Virus record (IMG/VR): IMGVR_UViG_2841531823_000001
Span: 32,356-96,355 of that record
Strand: one strand, 5' to 3'
From: a virus
Taxonomy: Duplodnaviria > Caudoviricetes
Length of the DNA stretch: 64,000 nt
Shown in pieces: positions 62,700 to 64,000 of this stretch. The notes beneath the pieces are model-generated. The model did not search any database and was not told where the DNA came from. It saw nothing but the letters and a program-made list of their open reading frames with translations. Numbering within the stretch: position 1 is the stretch's first letter; the number at the start of each line of letters is the position of its first letter. A program made the translations under genes and the position numbers.

Positions 62700-62942
62700 A
62701 TGAGCGCTAGGCGATCCCTCACTTTCGCGCCGCGGCTTCTCGGCGCGGCCGAGGCGGCGGCCTATCTGGGCGTGAGTGCCACGACGCTCCGCGGCCTTGA
62801 GCTGCCGCGGCGGGTGCTGGGCGGGCGGCGGCTCTATGACAGGCTCGATCTTGACGCCTTCGCCTCGGACCTGCCGGTTGAGGGGGAGGCTTTCGAATCG
62901 GAGGTGGAGCTGTGCGACCGCCATTTCGGGATGCAGGCGTGA
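62700..62942 (+). CDS. Excisionase-like HTH protein
   Basis: PRLLGAAEAAAYLGVSATT..RRLYDRLDLDAF; coupled to int. Confidence 0.8.
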   Translation: MSARRSLTFAPRLLGAAEAAAYLGVSATTLRGLELPRRVLGGRRLYDRLDLDAFASDLPVEGEAFESEVELCDRHFGMQA

Positions 62943-64000
62943 AGCTGCCCCGGGTGCAGCGCATCCGGCGTGGCGACCGGGTGCTCTGCTATCATCGGCC
63001 GACCGGAACCCGGTTGCCGGATCTGCCCGAGACCCATCCCGACTTCATCGCGGCCTGGGCCAAGGCCGAGACCACGAAGCCGGATTTGGCGCCGCCCGTT
63101 GCGGACAAGTCGGTCGCGAAGGTCGTGCGGGCACTCCGCGCGTCGAAGAGGTGGAAGGGGTTCGCCGCGAGCTATCGGCTGAGCCTGCGCTTCCATCTGG
63201 AGCGAATCGAGACGGAGCACGGCGCCCTGCCGCTGCGGGGCCTGCGGCAGAAGCATGTCGAGATGGATCTCGGCAAGCTCGATCCGAACCCGCGCAACGT
63301 GTCGCTGAAATGCTGGCGGCTCATCTTCGCGCAGGCCAAGGCGGACGGGATCATCGAGAGCGACCCGAGCCACGAGATCGGAAAGATCGTGACGAAATCG
63401 CCCGGCCACGTCGCATGGACGAGGGCCGAGGTGGCGGCCTTCCGGGCGCGGTGGGCGGTGGGGACGCGCCAGCGCGCGGCCTTCGAGCTGCTCGCCTGGA
63501 CCGGCTGCCGCGTCTCGGACGCTTGCCGCATGACGCGCACCCATATCGGCAGCGACGGGCTCATGACCTTCCGCCAGCAGAAGACCGGCGGGCTCGCCTA
63601 TGTGCCCTGGACCTGCGCGCTTCCTTCCTGGGCGCTCCGGTGGGAGGAGGAGCGCGAGACGGTGCGCGCGGCGGTAATGGCCACCGCCGGCTTCACCCTG
63701 CTTGAGACCAGCTACGGGAAGGCGCGGTCGGTGAAGGGTCTTTCGAACTTCATCACCGCTGCCGCGGCCGAGGCGGGGATCGAGGGGCGCACGCCCCACG
63801 GCTTGCGCAAATTCCGGCTCACCACCATCGCCGAAGCGGGCGGTCCCGCCCATGCGATCATGGCCTGGGGCGGGCATGCGAGCCTCTCGGAGGCCGAGGC
63901 TTACACCCGCGCGGCCAGCCGGCGCGGCCTCGTGATGGGGCCGGAACAAGAACGGAACGATGTAAACGACCCCAGGAATTCCTGTAAACGCGCCAGATAA
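62939..64000 (+). CDS. int: Tyrosine integrase of prophage 2
   Basis: TGCRVSD, QQKTG, HGLRK, GGH, YTR. Confidence 0.93.
   Translation: MKLPRVQRIRRGDRVLCYHRPTGTRLPDLPETHPDFIAAWAKAETTKPDLAPPVADKSVAKVVRALRASKRWKGFAASYRLSLRFHLERIETEHGALPLRGLRQKHVEMDLGKLDPNPRNVSLKCWRLIFAQAKADGIIESDPSHEIGKIVTKSPGHVAWTRAEVAAFRARWAVGTRQRAAFELLAWTGCRVSDACRMTRTHIGSDGLMTFRQQKTGGLAYVPWTCALPSWALRWEEERETVRAAVMATAGFTLLETSYGKARSVKGLSNFITAAAAEAGIEGRTPHGLRKFRLTTIAEAGGPAHAIMAWGGHASLSEAEAYTRAASRRGLVMGPEQERNDVNDPRNSCKRAR
63944..63958. promoter_or_regulatory. Candidate LexA box within the integrase 3' end
   Basis: GAACaagaacgGAAC. Confidence 0.5.

Larger units (their letters stand above)
29930..64000. mobile_element. Prophage 2, HK97-like siphovirus
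   Basis: Lysis, tail, head, terminase, HNH, replication, immunity, xis and int modules; att fragment on the left, integrase at the right edge. Confidence 0.9.

Noticed and set aside
59760-62924. 1054-aa minus-strand ORF
   Set aside because: Shadow of the gapR-like, parB and xis genes

Overview
High-GC alphaproteobacterial chromosome, probably Rhodobacteraceae (inferred from GapR homologues, GAAC-N7-GAAC LexA boxes and an HWE kinase). Two prophages fill the window, separated by only about 0.5 kb of host DNA. Prophage 1 (<1 to about 29470) is a podovirus-type element with an N4-gp56-family capsid, integrated at tRNA-Ser(GCT) 29472-29561. It carries a four-gene DNA-modification block that includes a C5 methyltransferase apparently split over two nested reading frames, RecT, a GapR homologue, a TAXI-like periplasmic protein, two CsrA-like genes and an Acb2/Tad1-like micro-ORF missed by the ORF track. 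Prophage 2 (about 29930 to >64000) is an HK97-type siphovirus starting at a tRNA 3'-end att fragment and ending at its integrase. Its cargo includes a DUF262+HEPN defence pair, an HWE kinase/receiver pair, a TopAI-YjhQ toxin-antitoxin module with a leader uORF and a secreted protein. The least explained element is a 1.1-kb non-coding array (30040-31145) of related GGCCGCGG...CCGCGGCC stem-loops with variable loops and a conserved 5' flank, lying between the att site and the DUF262-HEPN genes. All family assignments come from reading motifs by eye; no database searches were run.
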